DNA from: an uncultured delta proteobacterium
Lineage (GTDB): Bacteria > Myxococcota > Myxococcia > Myxococcales > Myxococcaceae
Direction: 5' to 3'
Assembly (NCBI GenBank): GCA_963796055.1
Contig: CAWCKH010000004.1
Span: 64,001 to 128,000 of the forward strand
DNA: 64,000 bases
This document shows, piece after piece, positions 1 to 9,542 of this stretch. The notes beneath the pieces are model-generated. The model saw only the letters and a program-made list of their open reading frames with translations, made no database searches and was not told the origin of the DNA. Numbering within the stretch: the first letter of the stretch is position 1; every line of letters begins with the position of its first letter. Position numbers and translations under genes: made by a program.

Positions 1-590
1 TCCTGGCGGAGCGCGCTCTTCAGCGCCTGGCTGAAGGAGATCGTATCCACCCCGACCTCGCGCTGGTTCACGATCGACCGCTTGTCGCGGATGAGGAACT
101 CGATCGGATCCTCGATGGTCATGATGTGGTCGGTCTCGTTGGCGTTGATGTGATCGATCATCGCCGCCAGGGTGGTGCTCTTGCCCGAGCCGGTGGTGCC
201 GGTCACCAGGATCAGCCCACGCTCCTCCAGGGCGATGGACTCGAGCACCGGGGGCAACAGGAGGTCCCGGATGGTCATCACCTTGAAGGGGATGACGCGG
301 AGCACGGCGCCCAGGGTGCCGCGCTGCTGGAACACGTTGACCCGGAAGCGGCCCAGGCCCGGGACGCCGTAGGCGAGATCCACCTCGTTTGAATTCTTGA
401 ACTTGTCCCGCTGGTACTCGTTCATGATCCCGAAGGCCATGCGCGCCACCTCCTCGGGGGGGAGGCGCTTGCCGTCCTTCAGCGGGACCAGCGAGCCGTC
501 CACCCGGAACATGGGGGGCAGACCGGCCTTGAGATGGATGTCGCTCGCGCCGCCGCGCAGCGCAACCTGGAGGATCTCGTTGAGTTCCAC
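1..590 (-). CDS. pilT: PilT/PilU-family type IV pilus retraction ATPase (3' end runs off the window)
   Basis: Manual translation from GTG at 590: MELNEILQVALRGGASDIHLKAGLPPMFRVDG...GTTGSGKST (Walker A)...TIEDPIE...NQREVG...ALKSALRQ. Absent from the ORF track because it is truncated. Confidence 0.93.
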   Translation of the reverse strand, partial: MELNEILQVALRGGASDIHLKAGLPPMFRVDGSLVPLKDGKRLPPEEVARMAFGIMNEYQRDKFKNSNEVDLAYGVPGLGRFRVNVFQQRGTLGAVLRVIPFKVMTIRDLLLPPVLESIALEERGLILVTGTTGSGKSTTLAAMIDHINANETDHIMTIEDPIEFLIRDKRSIVNQREVGVDTISFSQALKSALRQ

Positions 591-653
591 GCGCCTCGGA
601 GCCTAGCACCCGACCGAGCGAGCCCGTCTATGCGGACGGGGCCTACATGCCCG

Positions 654-1055
654 TTACCGCTTGCTGAACTGGAACCGGCGGCGAGCGCCAGGCTGGCCGT
701 ACTTCTTTCGCTCCACCACGCGTGCATCGCGGGTGAGGAAGCCAGCCTTCTTCAGCGGGGTGCGGAACTCGGGATTGAGCAGGCACAGCGCGCGGCTGAG
801 CCCGTGGCGGATGGCGCCGGCCTGTCCGGAGAGTCCGCCGCCGACCACGTTCACCGTCACGTTGACCTTGCCCACCTGCTCGAGGATCTGCAGCGGCTGG
901 TTGAGGATCATCTTCGACGTCTCGCGCCCGAAGTACTCGTCGAGCGGACGGCCGTTGACGACGATGGTCCCGTTTCCTTCCTTCACCCACACCCGGGCCG
1001 TGGACTCCTTGCGGCGGCCGGTGGCGTAGAACCCGTTCTCGGTCTGGATCGGCAT
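654..1055 (-). CDS. rpsI: 30S ribosomal protein S9
   Basis: [27 protein letters not shown]-terminal ERKKYG...FQFSKR. Confidence 0.99.
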   Translation of the reverse strand: MPIQTENGFYATGRRKESTARVWVKEGNGTIVVNGRPLDEYFGRETSKMILNQPLQILEQVGKVNVTVNVVGGGLSGQAGAIRHGLSRALCLLNPEFRTPLKKAGFLTRDARVVERKKYGQPGARRRFQFSKR

Positions 1056-1060
1056 GTTCC

Positions 1061-1507
1061 TCAGGCCTCCACCTGGCGCGGCTCGGGCTTCTGCGCGGCA
1101 TGGGGATGCTGCTCGCCCGGGTACACCTTGAGCTTGGTCATCATCTTCCGGCCCAGCGCGTTGCGCGGGAGCATGCGGCGGACGGCGTTGATGACGATGT
1201 CCTCGGGGTGCCGGGCACGGAGGTCCGCCAGATTGGTGGTCTTCAGCGCACCGGGAAAGCCTGCCCGCGGGTGCCGGTGGTAGAGCTTGTTGGTCTCCTT
1301 GGAGCCAGTGACCTTCACCTTCGCCGCGTTGATCACGATGACGTGGTCACCGGTGTCCATCGACGGCGTGTAGATGGGCTTGAGCTTGCCCTTGAGAATC
1401 GAGGCAATCTGGCTCGCTGCACGACCGAGCACCTTGTCGCTCACGTCGATGACGAGCCATGCCCGCTTCACGTCCGCGGGCTTCGCGCTGTACGTCCTGT
1501 TCGACAT
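1061..1507 (-). CDS. rplM: 50S ribosomal protein L13
   Basis: WLVID...VLGRAAS...[16 protein letters not shown]...AVRRMLP...LKVY...HPHAAQKP; start placed at the [10 protein letters not shown]; in operon with rpsI. Confidence 0.98.
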   Translation of the reverse strand: MSNRTYSAKPADVKRAWLVIDVSDKVLGRAASQIASILKGKLKPIYTPSMDTGDHVIVINAAKVKVTGSKETNKLYHRHPRAGFPGALKTTNLADLRARHPEDIVINAVRRMLPRNALGRKMMTKLKVYPGEQHPHAAQKPEPRQVEA

Positions 1508-1554
1508 CTGGAGACACTCCGCCACCGGAGGGGTGCCCCCCGGAAAAGACGGGC

Positions 1555-1583
1555 GATGTAGAGGTCTTGCCGCCTCAAGTCAA
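1555..1583 (-). promoter_or_regulatory. Candidate sigma70 promoter of rplM-rpsI
   Basis: Minus strand TTGACT-N17-TACATC about 50 nt upstream of rplM. Confidence 0.5.
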
Positions 1584-3543
1584 GCAGACGGAGGAGGCGA
1601 GCCCCCCTGGAGCCTGGCCTTGAGGCTCCGGAAGAAGCCCTGCTCCGCCTCGCTCGGCGGCCCCGGGGGTGGGACCGTGGTGTCTGGGACCGTGGTGTCA
1701 GACACCTCCAGCACCGCCTCCGGGATGTCGCCGAGGAAGCGGGAGGGCGTCCGGGGCACCTCCCTGCCCCGCCGCAGCCGGGTGGCCGCCCGGGTGAGAA
1801 TCAGCTCTTCCCGGGCCCGGGTGATGCCCACGTAGCAGAGCCGGCGTTCCTCCTCGAGGTTCGGAGGCTCACCCTGCATCCCCCCGTGGGGGAGAAGGCC
1901 CTCCTCCATCCCCACGAGGAAAACCGTCCGGAATTCCAGCCCCTTGGCACCATGCAAGGTCAGCAGGGTGACCCTGGCCGGGGTACGTCCGGAGGTCGGA
2001 CCTGGGCCCTTCCCGGCGCTCGAACTGCTCCAGGGAGGCGAGGATGCCCTCCACGCCCTTCAGCTTCCGGTCCACCGCGGCCGCCGATGGGGTGCTGGCG
2101 CGGGCGGCGGCCTCGAAGCCGATGTCCCGGAGGAGCGCCCGGGTGACGACCGAGAGCGGCTCGGCCCGGAGCCGGGCCCGCGTCCTGTGGATCAGCTCGG
2201 AGAACTCCTGGACCGCCCGCGCGGCGCCAGGGGTCAGCTGGGGGACCGAGCCGGCAGGGGCGAGCACGTCGGACAGCGGCAGGCCGCGGCCCCGCGCGTG
2301 GGCGACCAGGTGCTCCACCGTGACGTCCCCGATTCCGCGGGCGGGCACGTTGACGATGCGCAGCAGCGAGACCTCGTCCGTGGGGTTGGCCAGGACCTTG
2401 AGGTAGGCGAGCACGTCGCGCACCTCGCGCCGGTCGAAGAACTCGGTCCCCCCCACCACCTCGTACCCGACGCCCCGGGCGCGGAGCGCCTCCTCGAACG
2501 GGCGAGACTGGCCGTTGGTGCGGTAGAGGACCGCGACGTCGTCGGGCCGCACCCCGCGGGCGAGCCGCGCCTCGATGCCGCGCGCGACGTACACTGCCTC
2601 CTCGTCCTCGCCAGGGAGGACCACCAGCTGGACCCTGGGCCCACCCACCGTGGCGGTCCACAGCTTCTTCGCCCGCCGCTCCGGGAGCTGCGCCACGATC
2701 CCGTGCGCGGCCTCCAGCACGGTCGGGACGCTGCGGTAGTTCTGCTCCACCCGGACCTCGGTGGCACCAGGGAACGCCTCCTCGAAGCGGAGGATGTTCC
2801 GCACCTCGGCGCCTCGCCAGCCGTAGATGCACTGGTCGTCGTCGCCCACCGCGCACACGTTCCGGCGCTCGGCGGCCAGAAGCCGCACCAGCTCGAGCTG
2901 CGCGCCGTTGGTGTCCGCGCCGGACGTAGCCGCCGAGCACCTCGGGGTGCTCGCGGAACAGCCGGAGCGGCAGGAGCAGCAGATCGTCGAAGTCGACCGC
3001 GCCCTGCGCCTTGAGCGCCCGCTGGTAGAGGGGGAAGACCTCGGCGGCGGCGATCTCCCGGTCGCTCGGGGCATCGCCGGTGAGGCTCGGCGCGCGGTCG
3101 GCGTTCTTCGCCCGGCTGATGGCGGTGAGGATCCGGCGGGGGTCGAGGTCGGACCGGCCGTCGATGGGACGCTCGCGCAGCGCCCGCTGCACCAGGGAGA
3201 TCTGATCCGACGTGTCGGCGATGGCGAACTTCCTGGGCCAGCCGAGCCGATGCACGTGCTGCCGGAGCACCTCCGCACCGAAGGCGTGGAAGGTACAGAC
3301 GGTGAGCGCCTGTGCGCCCTGCCCCACCAGCCGCACCACCCGTTCCTTCATCTCGGCGGCGGCCTTGTTGGTGAACGTGACCGCGAGGATGGCGCGGGCC
3401 GGCACGCGCTGCGCGAGCAGCCAGGCGATGCGGTGGGTGATGACCCGTGTCTTCCCGCTCCCGGCTCCGGCGAGCACGAGGAGGGGGCCCTCGGTGGTGG
3501 TGACGGCAAGGCGCTGGGGAGGGTTCAGTCCGGAGAGGTCCAC
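1580..3543 (-). pseudogene. UvrD/Rep/PcrA-family helicase split over three frames (pseudogene or assembly error)
   Basis: Frame 1 from GTG 3543: VDLSGLNPPQ...LAGAGSGKT...TFTNKAA...DFDDLL...YVRR. Frame 2 from 2915: DTNGAQ...VGDDDQCIYGWRGA...EQNYRS. Frame 3 from 1981: [14 protein letters not shown]...[13 protein letters not shown]. The Walker B (VDExQ) segment is missing at the 2916 junction. Confidence 0.88.
1671..1700. repeat. 15-bp tandem duplication (encodes DTTVP twice in the helicase tail)
   Basis: gggaccgtggtgtct gggaccgtggtgtca. Confidence 0.8.
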
Positions 3544-3603
3544 GCAGGACGGACGCGTATAGCCTCGGGGGCCGACGGCGCTGCTAGAGTCCTCGGTCGA
3601 CCG

Positions 3604-4113
3604 ATGGCCGCCTCCCCCGCGCGCGTTCCCGTCCAGCCGTCCACCGCCGAGCTCGACAACCAGGCCCGGGAGGCGCGCGCCGCCGTGGCCCGGCTCGGCC
3701 GCCGCGAGTTCCTCGACCAGCTGGCCGCGCTCGGCCGCGCCTTCGCCGCCGACCCGGGCAACCCGGGCAGCTACGCCTGCAAGGACTGCGAGCGCTGCGC
3801 CAACTGCATGTTCTGCCGGGACTGCGTGGGCTGCTACCAGTGTACCCACTGCGTGGGCTGCGACGGCTGCAGCAACTGCAGCCACTGCGTGGAGAGCAAG
3901 GGCTGCCAGTCCTCGGCCTATCTCCTCCAGTCCGAGTCCTGTACCCACTCGGCATATCTCGTGATGTGCCGGACTCTCTCCGACTGCAACTACTGCTTCG
4001 GCTGCGTGGGCCTCAGCAAGAAGGACTTCCACATCCTCAACGTGGCCTTCCCCCGGAAGGAATACTTCGAGATCACCGCCCGCCTGCGGAAGGAGCTCGG
4101 ACTGCCGAGCTGA
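3604..4113 (+). CDS. Cysteine-rich CxxCxxC-repeat protein of unknown function
   Basis: CKDCERCANCMFCRDCVGCYQCTHCVGCDGCSNCSHC...CNYCFGCVGLSKKDFHILN; coding-like codon usage; divergent from the helicase. Confidence 0.85.
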   Translation: MAASPARVPVQPSTAELDNQAREARAAVARLGRREFLDQLAALGRAFAADPGNPGSYACKDCERCANCMFCRDCVGCYQCTHCVGCDGCSNCSHCVESKGCQSSAYLLQSESCTHSAYLVMCRTLSDCNYCFGCVGLSKKDFHILNVAFPRKEYFEITARLRKELGLPS

Positions 4114-4181
4114 GCGTTGTCTGTTGCCTGAGCGGCTCCGGCCTGCCAGCGTGAGGCCGCTGGCACGACCGGAGGGCCGTC

Positions 4182-4643
4182 ATGGCGCGCGTCTCGGGAG
4201 AGGTCACCTCGTCGACCCCGGCGGACGTCGTCCTCGGAGCGCTGACCGACTTCAGCCCCCGCCGGCCCGAGCTGTGGCCGAACCTGTCGCCGAAGCTCTA
4301 CCAGGTGCACTCGGTGGGGCAGACCGAGGCCGAGGTCACCGAGGGGTCGGCGGTGCTCGGCGGCGTCTGGGAACGCGCGCGGTACGACTGGAGCGAGCCA
4401 GGGGTGGTGCTGATCGAGGTCGAGGACTCCAACGCCTTCGCCGCGGGGAGCTGGTGGCGGTACCAGGTGGAGCCGGTGGGCAGCGGCAGCCGGGTGCGGT
4501 TCCAGTTCGACCGGCGGCCGAAGAACTTGAAGGGTCGCATCGTCGCGCTCCTTCTCGGGCTGGGTGGGAAGCGGATATTCACCCGCTCGCTCGAGGAGAC
4601 GCTCCGGCGGCTCGGGGCTCCCGCGGGGGCGGCGGCCGGATGA
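4182..4643 (+). CDS. SRPBCC/polyketide cyclase-like family protein
   Basis: ALTDFSPRRPELWPNL...VTEGS...WERARYDWS; GGAGG RBS upstream. Confidence 0.7.
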   Translation: MARVSGEVTSSTPADVVLGALTDFSPRRPELWPNLSPKLYQVHSVGQTEAEVTEGSAVLGGVWERARYDWSEPGVVLIEVEDSNAFAAGSWWRYQVEPVGSGSRVRFQFDRRPKNLKGRIVALLLGLGGKRIFTRSLEETLRRLGAPAGAAAG

Positions 4644-4682
4644 GGGCAGCGGTCGCGGGAGTCACGGCGACAGGCCGCGGTT

Positions 4683-5168
4683 TCAGGAACCGCGCGCTGC
4701 GGCCTCGATGCGCGGGAGATCGATCTTCTTCATGTCCATGACCGCGGTCATCACCCGGTCCGCCTTCTTTTGATCCGGGCCGCTCACCGCACGGATCAGC
4801 GCCGACGGGACGACCTGCCAGGAGACCCCCCAGCGGTCCTTGAGCCAGCCGCACATGCCCTCCTGGCCACCGTTGGAGGTGAGCGCCTTCCAGAGCCGGT
4901 CGACCTCCTGCTGGGTCTCGCACTCAATCGCCAGGGAGATGGCCTCGCTGAACTTGAACTGCGGACCGCCGTTGAGCGCCACGAATTCCTGGTCGCCGAG
5001 GCGGAAGCTCACCGTCATCACCGAGCCCTTCGGCCCGGGGCCCACCTCCCCGTAGCGGGTCACCTCGAGGATCTTCGAGTTGGAAAAGAGCGAGACGTAG
5101 AACTTCGCCGCCTCCTCCGCCTGCCCGTCGAACCACAGCATCGGCCGGATCTTCTGCGTCTCCGCCAT
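4683..5168 (-). CDS. VOC/PhnB-like (3-demethylubiquinone-9 3-methyltransferase family) protein
   Basis: LWFDGQAEEAAKFY...ALNGGPQFKFSEAISL...CGWLKDRWGVSWQVVP...MKKID. Confidence 0.9.
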   Translation of the reverse strand: MAETQKIRPMLWFDGQAEEAAKFYVSLFSNSKILEVTRYGEVGPGPKGSVMTVSFRLGDQEFVALNGGPQFKFSEAISLAIECETQQEVDRLWKALTSNGGQEGMCGWLKDRWGVSWQVVPSALIRAVSGPDQKKADRVMTAVMDMKKIDLPRIEAAARGS

Positions 5169-5187
5169 CGGGTCGTCTCCGTGAGAG

Positions 5188-5208
5188 GCTCTCCGGGAAA
5201 CGGAGAGC
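5188..5208. other. Perfect 8-bp hairpin just upstream of the VOC gene RBS
   Basis: GCTCTCCG-GGAAA-CGGAGAGC. Confidence 0.55.
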
Positions 5209-5333
5209 GGGTCCTGGGATGAGACGCCGGTGGCCCGCGAAAATCATCGGCTGGGCCGGCGGAAGGGGGTGCATGCCCGGGGAGCGAGGAACCGGGCTCA
5301 ACCGACCCGCTGCGAAGGGCCGGGAGTCACAGG

Positions 5334-6521
5334 TCAGAGCGGCCGGACGAAGAACGCCTTGAGGTACTCCGTCTCCGGCAATCCGCCGAGCGCGGGGTGG
5401 TCCACCGCCGGGCCCCGGCGCTCGAGGATCTGCACCGGCCGCCGCACGTCGTCCGCCGCTCCGAGCAGCATCTCCTCGAAGTCCGGTGGCTTGACCTTGC
5501 CGGAGCAGGAGCAGGTCACCAGCAGGCCGCCCGGCCGGAGAAGCCGCAGCGCCCGCACGTTCAGCTCGCGGTAGGCGCGCAGCGCCGTCCGAGCTCCTTC
5601 CTTCCGCTTCGCCAGGCCCGGCGGATCGAGCACCACCGTATCGAACCGCTCCCCGTCCCGGTCCATCTGGTGGAGCACGTCGAAGGCATTCGCCTCCCGG
5701 GCCTCGACGTTCGACAGGCCGTTGCGGCGCACGTTCTCCACGAGTCGGGCCGCCGCCGCCGGGTCCTGCTCCAGCGCCAGCACCGAGGTGCACCGCCCCG
5801 CCAGCGCCAGGGCGAAGCCCCCGTGGTAGCTGAAGGCGTCCAGCGCCCGCCCGCGGCACAGCTCGGCGGCGCGGAGGTGATTCTCCGCCTGGTCGAGGAA
5901 GGCCCCGGTCTTCATGTCGTGCAGGAGGTCGGTGCGGAGGACCGCTTGCCCCTCGCGCCACTCCACCATCGCCTCGGGCGGACCGAGCAGGACCCGGGAC
6001 TCCCGGGGGAGCTGCTCGAAGGCGCGCCCCGAGCCATCGTCCCGCGCCAGGACCTGAACTGCCCCGGTGAGCGTCACCAGCGCGGCGGCGAGCGACTCCT
6101 TCCGCGCATCCATTCCCTCGGCCAGGGTCTGCAGCACCAGCCGGTCGCGGTAGCGGTCGACGAACAGGCCCGGCAGCCCGTCCGCCTCGCCGTGCACCAG
6201 CCGCAGGGCCTCGCGGCCCAGCGACGAGCGCCGGGCGATCGATGCCTCGAGCCGTGCCCGGAACCACCCGTCGTCCACACGCTCCTCCGCCGGGGCCCGC
6301 CGGGTGAGCAACCGCAGCGCGAGCGGGCTGCGGGCCGCCCACAGCGCCTGGCCTGCCGGCTGGCCCCGGGGGTCCACCACCGCCACCACCGCGCCACCGG
6401 GCGCATCGGGCGGCTCGAGCACGTCCTTGCGCCACACCCAGGGCCGCAGGTGCCGGAGCGCCCGCGCGCCGTCGGCCGACACGCGCACCGTCGGCGGAGG
6501 ACCGCGCTGAGTGCTGCTCAT
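5334..6521 (-). CDS. rlmI: RlmI-like class I SAM-dependent rRNA methyltransferase
   Basis: RLVHGEADGLPGLFVDRY, KTGAFLDQ, LDAFSYHGGF, VLDPP, TCSCS, PETEYLK; ATG overlaps the upstream stop (ATGA). Confidence 0.85.
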   Translation of the reverse strand: MSSTQRGPPPTVRVSADGARALRHLRPWVWRKDVLEPPDAPGGAVVAVVDPRGQPAGQALWAARSPLALRLLTRRAPAEERVDDGWFRARLEASIARRSSLGREALRLVHGEADGLPGLFVDRYRDRLVLQTLAEGMDARKESLAAALVTLTGAVQVLARDDGSGRAFEQLPRESRVLLGPPEAMVEWREGQAVLRTDLLHDMKTGAFLDQAENHLRAAELCRGRALDAFSYHGGFALALAGRCTSVLALEQDPAAAARLVENVRRNGLSNVEAREANAFDVLHQMDRDGERFDTVVLDPPGLAKRKEGARTALRAYRELNVRALRLLRPGGLLVTCSCSGKVKPPDFEEMLLGAADDVRRPVQILERRGPAVDHPALGGLPETEYLKAFFVRPL

Positions 6522-7726
6522 TCGAGCCCGCGGGCCGCCAGCTCGAGGTCGTCCTCGCCCCGGAGGTGTCCGATCTCGTGGAGCAAGGTCACGCGGATCT
6601 GCTCCAGCAGCTCCTCCCGGGAGGTCACCGCCCGGGCCAGGTTCTTCCGGTACAGCACCACCGAGCGGCACACCGGGCCGTCCTCGGCGCTGCACGCCTC
6701 GCCGATGGGTGGGCCGCGGAAGAGCCCGAGGATGGTGGGCGACAGCGGCGGGTCACCCTCGAGAAGGTCCTCCGACCGGGGGATGTCCTCCACCGTCACC
6801 GGAACCCCGCCGAGGTCCTTCCGCATGTCGGCGGGGAGCGCGGCCACCGCCCGGTCCACCTCGCGCCGGAATTCCTTCTCCGACAGCAGCTGCGGCGGCG
6901 GAAAGTCGTCCGGGGACAGCTCGTGCGCCTTGCGGAAGTGCATCTCGGCCTCGGGCAGCTTCCCGGTCCGCTCGAGCAGCAGTCCGAGGTGGTGGTGCGC
7001 ATGCGCCCCGTGCTCGTCATCCGAGAGGAGCCGGCTGAACGCCTCCTGCGCCTCCTTGAACCGGCAGAGCTCGAAGAGGGCCACTGCACGCTCGTAGGCC
7101 GCGTCGGGGTCGGTGCCCCGCTCCTCGGCGGCCTCCTCGCTGCGCTCGAGCGCGACCTGCGCCTCCCCGAGGTCGTTGGCCGCCATCGCCCCGAGCAGCG
7201 CGAACTGCGAGGCCAGCTCGCCGTCACCCGCCTCCCGTGCCAGCTTCCTTCCGCGCTCGGCGTAGACGAAGGCCAGCTCGTCGTGGTCGCGGTTGCTGGG
7301 CAGGCTCACCCCGTAGAGGTGCGCAGCCCCGAGCAGCGAATCGAGGTGCTCGGGGTCCAGCGCCAGCGCCCGGGCGTAGGCCAGCTTGGCCTCGTCGAAG
7401 CGCCCCAGCGCCGACAGCGCGGCGCCGCGCTCGCTGTGGGCATCCGGCTCGTCCGGCGCCCGGGCCGACGCCTCGGCGGCGCACGACAGCGCCCGGTCGT
7501 ATTCCCGGGCGTCGTAGGCCGCCCGGGCCGCGTCCAGCGGATCCAGCCCCCGCGCGTCGCACACCGCCAGCGGCTCCACCGGTGGTGGCCGCGAGGGATG
7601 GTGGCTGGGGGCGGTGGGGAGCCCGGGGCTGGTGGCCGCGCTCTTCGGCGGCGGGTCGGCCGGCGTCGCCCGGTGACAGGCGGATACGACGCAGAGGCAG
7701 CACAGAAGACCCAGCCGGCGGAGCAT
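6518..7726 (-). CDS. Lipoprotein with TPR repeats and a C-terminal zincin-like metallopeptidase domain
   Basis: Signal/lipobox ...CVVSAC, TPR-like helices, LGLFRG...LYRKNL...VTLLHEIGHLRGEDD (HExxH). Confidence 0.85.
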   Translation of the reverse strand: MLRRLGLLCCLCVVSACHRATPADPPPKSAATSPGLPTAPSHHPSRPPPVEPLAVCDARGLDPLDAARAAYDAREYDRALSCAAEASARAPDEPDAHSERGAALSALGRFDEAKLAYARALALDPEHLDSLLGAAHLYGVSLPSNRDHDELAFVYAERGRKLAREAGDGELASQFALLGAMAANDLGEAQVALERSEEAAEERGTDPDAAYERAVALFELCRFKEAQEAFSRLLSDDEHGAHAHHHLGLLLERTGKLPEAEMHFRKAHELSPDDFPPPQLLSEKEFRREVDRAVAALPADMRKDLGGVPVTVEDIPRSEDLLEGDPPLSPTILGLFRGPPIGEACSAEDGPVCRSVVLYRKNLARAVTSREELLEQIRVTLLHEIGHLRGEDDLELAARGLE

Positions 7727-7782
7727 GGGGTCAATCTAACAGACGGCCCGACCGCGTCGGGGCCGGCACACGCCTCCGGGAC

Positions 7783-8370
7783 TCAGTTGCAACCGGCGTC
7801 GCCCGCGCCGCAGGACAGCAGTCTCGGCTGCCCGCTCAGCGGCTCCAGGAGCAGCTGACGGTCGTCCTGGTGCGCGATCGCCGCGCGGAGGGTGAGGACC
7901 CCCGCGGGCGGTGCGGCCAGACAGTCGCCCACCCCCGCCACCCGGGGGACGGCCTGTCCCGTCCCACCCCGGAAGCACAGCCCGGCCCAGGAGCTGAGGT
8001 CGACGGTGGCGGGCACCGTCATCCAGGCCCCGCTTTCCCGGCAGGGGCAAGAGCCGGTCCCGCACATGTCGGTGGTGGCGCATCCGGCCGAGGGGCAGCC
8101 GATCCCGAACACCTCGTTGTCACAGGGGAGCCGCTCCCACCGCGCCTGCGCCACTCCGCCGTCCACCACCATCGCCAGACGAACCGGCTGGTTGGCGGTG
8201 CGGGCCAGCTTCCGGGCGGTGAGCAGCTGCCCGTAGACGCCGGTCACCGCGTCGCTGGCGCGGGCCCGGGCGATGGCCGCGGTCCAGCTGTCGACCGCCA
8301 GGGCGGTGAGGACGGTGATGACCGCGCAGGTGGTCATCGCCTCGAGCAGGGTGATGCCTCGCCGGGCCAT
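7783..8370 (-). CDS. fimU: Minor pilin, FimU/FimT-like
   Basis: Class III signal RRG|ITLLE plus hydrophobic helix; last gene of the minor-pilin cluster. Confidence 0.8.
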   Translation of the reverse strand: MARRGITLLEAMTTCAVITVLTALAVDSWTAAIARARASDAVTGVYGQLLTARKLARTANQPVRLAMVVDGGVAQARWERLPCDNEVFGIGCPSAGCATTDMCGTGSCPCRESGAWMTVPATVDLSSWAGLCFRGGTGQAVPRVAGVGDCLAAPPAGVLTLRAAIAHQDDRQLLLEPLSGQPRLLSCGAGDAGCN

Positions 8371-9542
8371 CAGAAGCTCCCCGCCAGCTGGTAGTTCCGG
8401 GGCGCGAGCGTCAGCACCAGCGTGCGCCGGACCAGGCCGTCGTCAGGATTGCCCTCCTCGTCGCGGGCGAAGCCCCCGCCGTCGGAGGCCGCGACGCCGG
8501 GCCGCTCTCGCCGGGTCGAGCGAGCGACGAGGCGAACCTCCACCGCGCGCACCCGCCGCATGAGGGCGTCCCAGGCGGTGGGATCCAGTGCCAGAGGCCC
8601 CATGCCACCCGGAACGGCGCAGTCGCCACTCGGGCTCATCCCGGCGCACTGGTCGATGGAGACTCCGCCGTCCGCACCCGGGAACCAGGTGAGCGGCACG
8701 CCGGCATCGGTGGTCAGGTCCCGGACCCCGAAGGCCACGGTCATCTGTTCCACGTCACGGCTGACCTCGGTCCAGGTGTCGGAAGGAAGCGGCGGAGCGC
8801 GGGTGGTGTACTCGAGCACCGGCGCGCCGCTCGCCCAGTTGACCCGCAGGGTGACGCCTCCGGCGGGCATCACCACCGTGCGCTGGGTGGCGAACAGCGA
8901 GCCTCCCATCGCACAGCCGTCTCCAGCCGGTGCGTCGTTGGAGTTCGGATAGGGCGTGGTCGGCAGGGTCGCGGCGTGCACACCCGGCGTCCCGGCGCCC
9001 GCCAGCCCGGTGACGATCTGCGAGCAGGCCTCGGGCAGGTCCGGGTTGACGACGAACACCGGCGTCCCGGCGTCGAAGGTGGTGGCCGCGGTCGGGGTGC
9101 ACAGCCCCGCGCTCTCGCGGGAGAAGCCGCCGGTGCCCCCGTCGGCGCCGGAGAGGGCACAGGAGGCCAGCGGCACCAGCGCGGTGGGGTCGCCCCAGCG
9201 AAGCTGCAGCGAGTCGGAGATGCGGTCGGCGTAGATCGGCGGCGGCGGCGCGAAGTTCGGGAATCCGGTGAAGGGGTCCGCGGTGGTCACCTGGATGGCG
9301 TAGGCGAAGGTGGTCCCGCCGAGGTTGATGCGGGCGTTACCCATCCCCTCCCCCGCCCGCTGCAGCATCGGTCCGAAGAAGTCGGTCACCGCCTGCGTCC
9401 CGCCCTGGATCAACGAGCTCTGCTGCTCGATGAACGCCTTGCGCTGGAACTGCAGACCGACGCTGAGGGTCGCGGTGAGCACCACCAGTCCCATGGCGCT
9501 GGCCAGCATGGCCTCCATCAAGGTGTAGCCGCGCCGGGTCAT
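8370..9542 (-). CDS. pilW: Minor pilin, PilW-like
   Basis: MTRRG|YTLMEAMLASAMGLVVL, LQRAGEG, VSRDVEQMTVAFG, C-terminal LAPRN. Confidence 0.82.
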   Translation of the reverse strand: MTRRGYTLMEAMLASAMGLVVLTATLSVGLQFQRKAFIEQQSSLIQGGTQAVTDFFGPMLQRAGEGMGNARINLGGTTFAYAIQVTTADPFTGFPNFAPPPPIYADRISDSLQLRWGDPTALVPLASCALSGADGGTGGFSRESAGLCTPTAATTFDAGTPVFVVNPDLPEACSQIVTGLAGAGTPGVHAATLPTTPYPNSNDAPAGDGCAMGGSLFATQRTVVMPAGGVTLRVNWASGAPVLEYTTRAPPLPSDTWTEVSRDVEQMTVAFGVRDLTTDAGVPLTWFPGADGGVSIDQCAGMSPSGDCAVPGGMGPLALDPTAWDALMRRVRAVEVRLVARSTRRERPGVAASDGGGFARDEEGNPDDGLVRRTLVLTLAPRNYQLAGSF

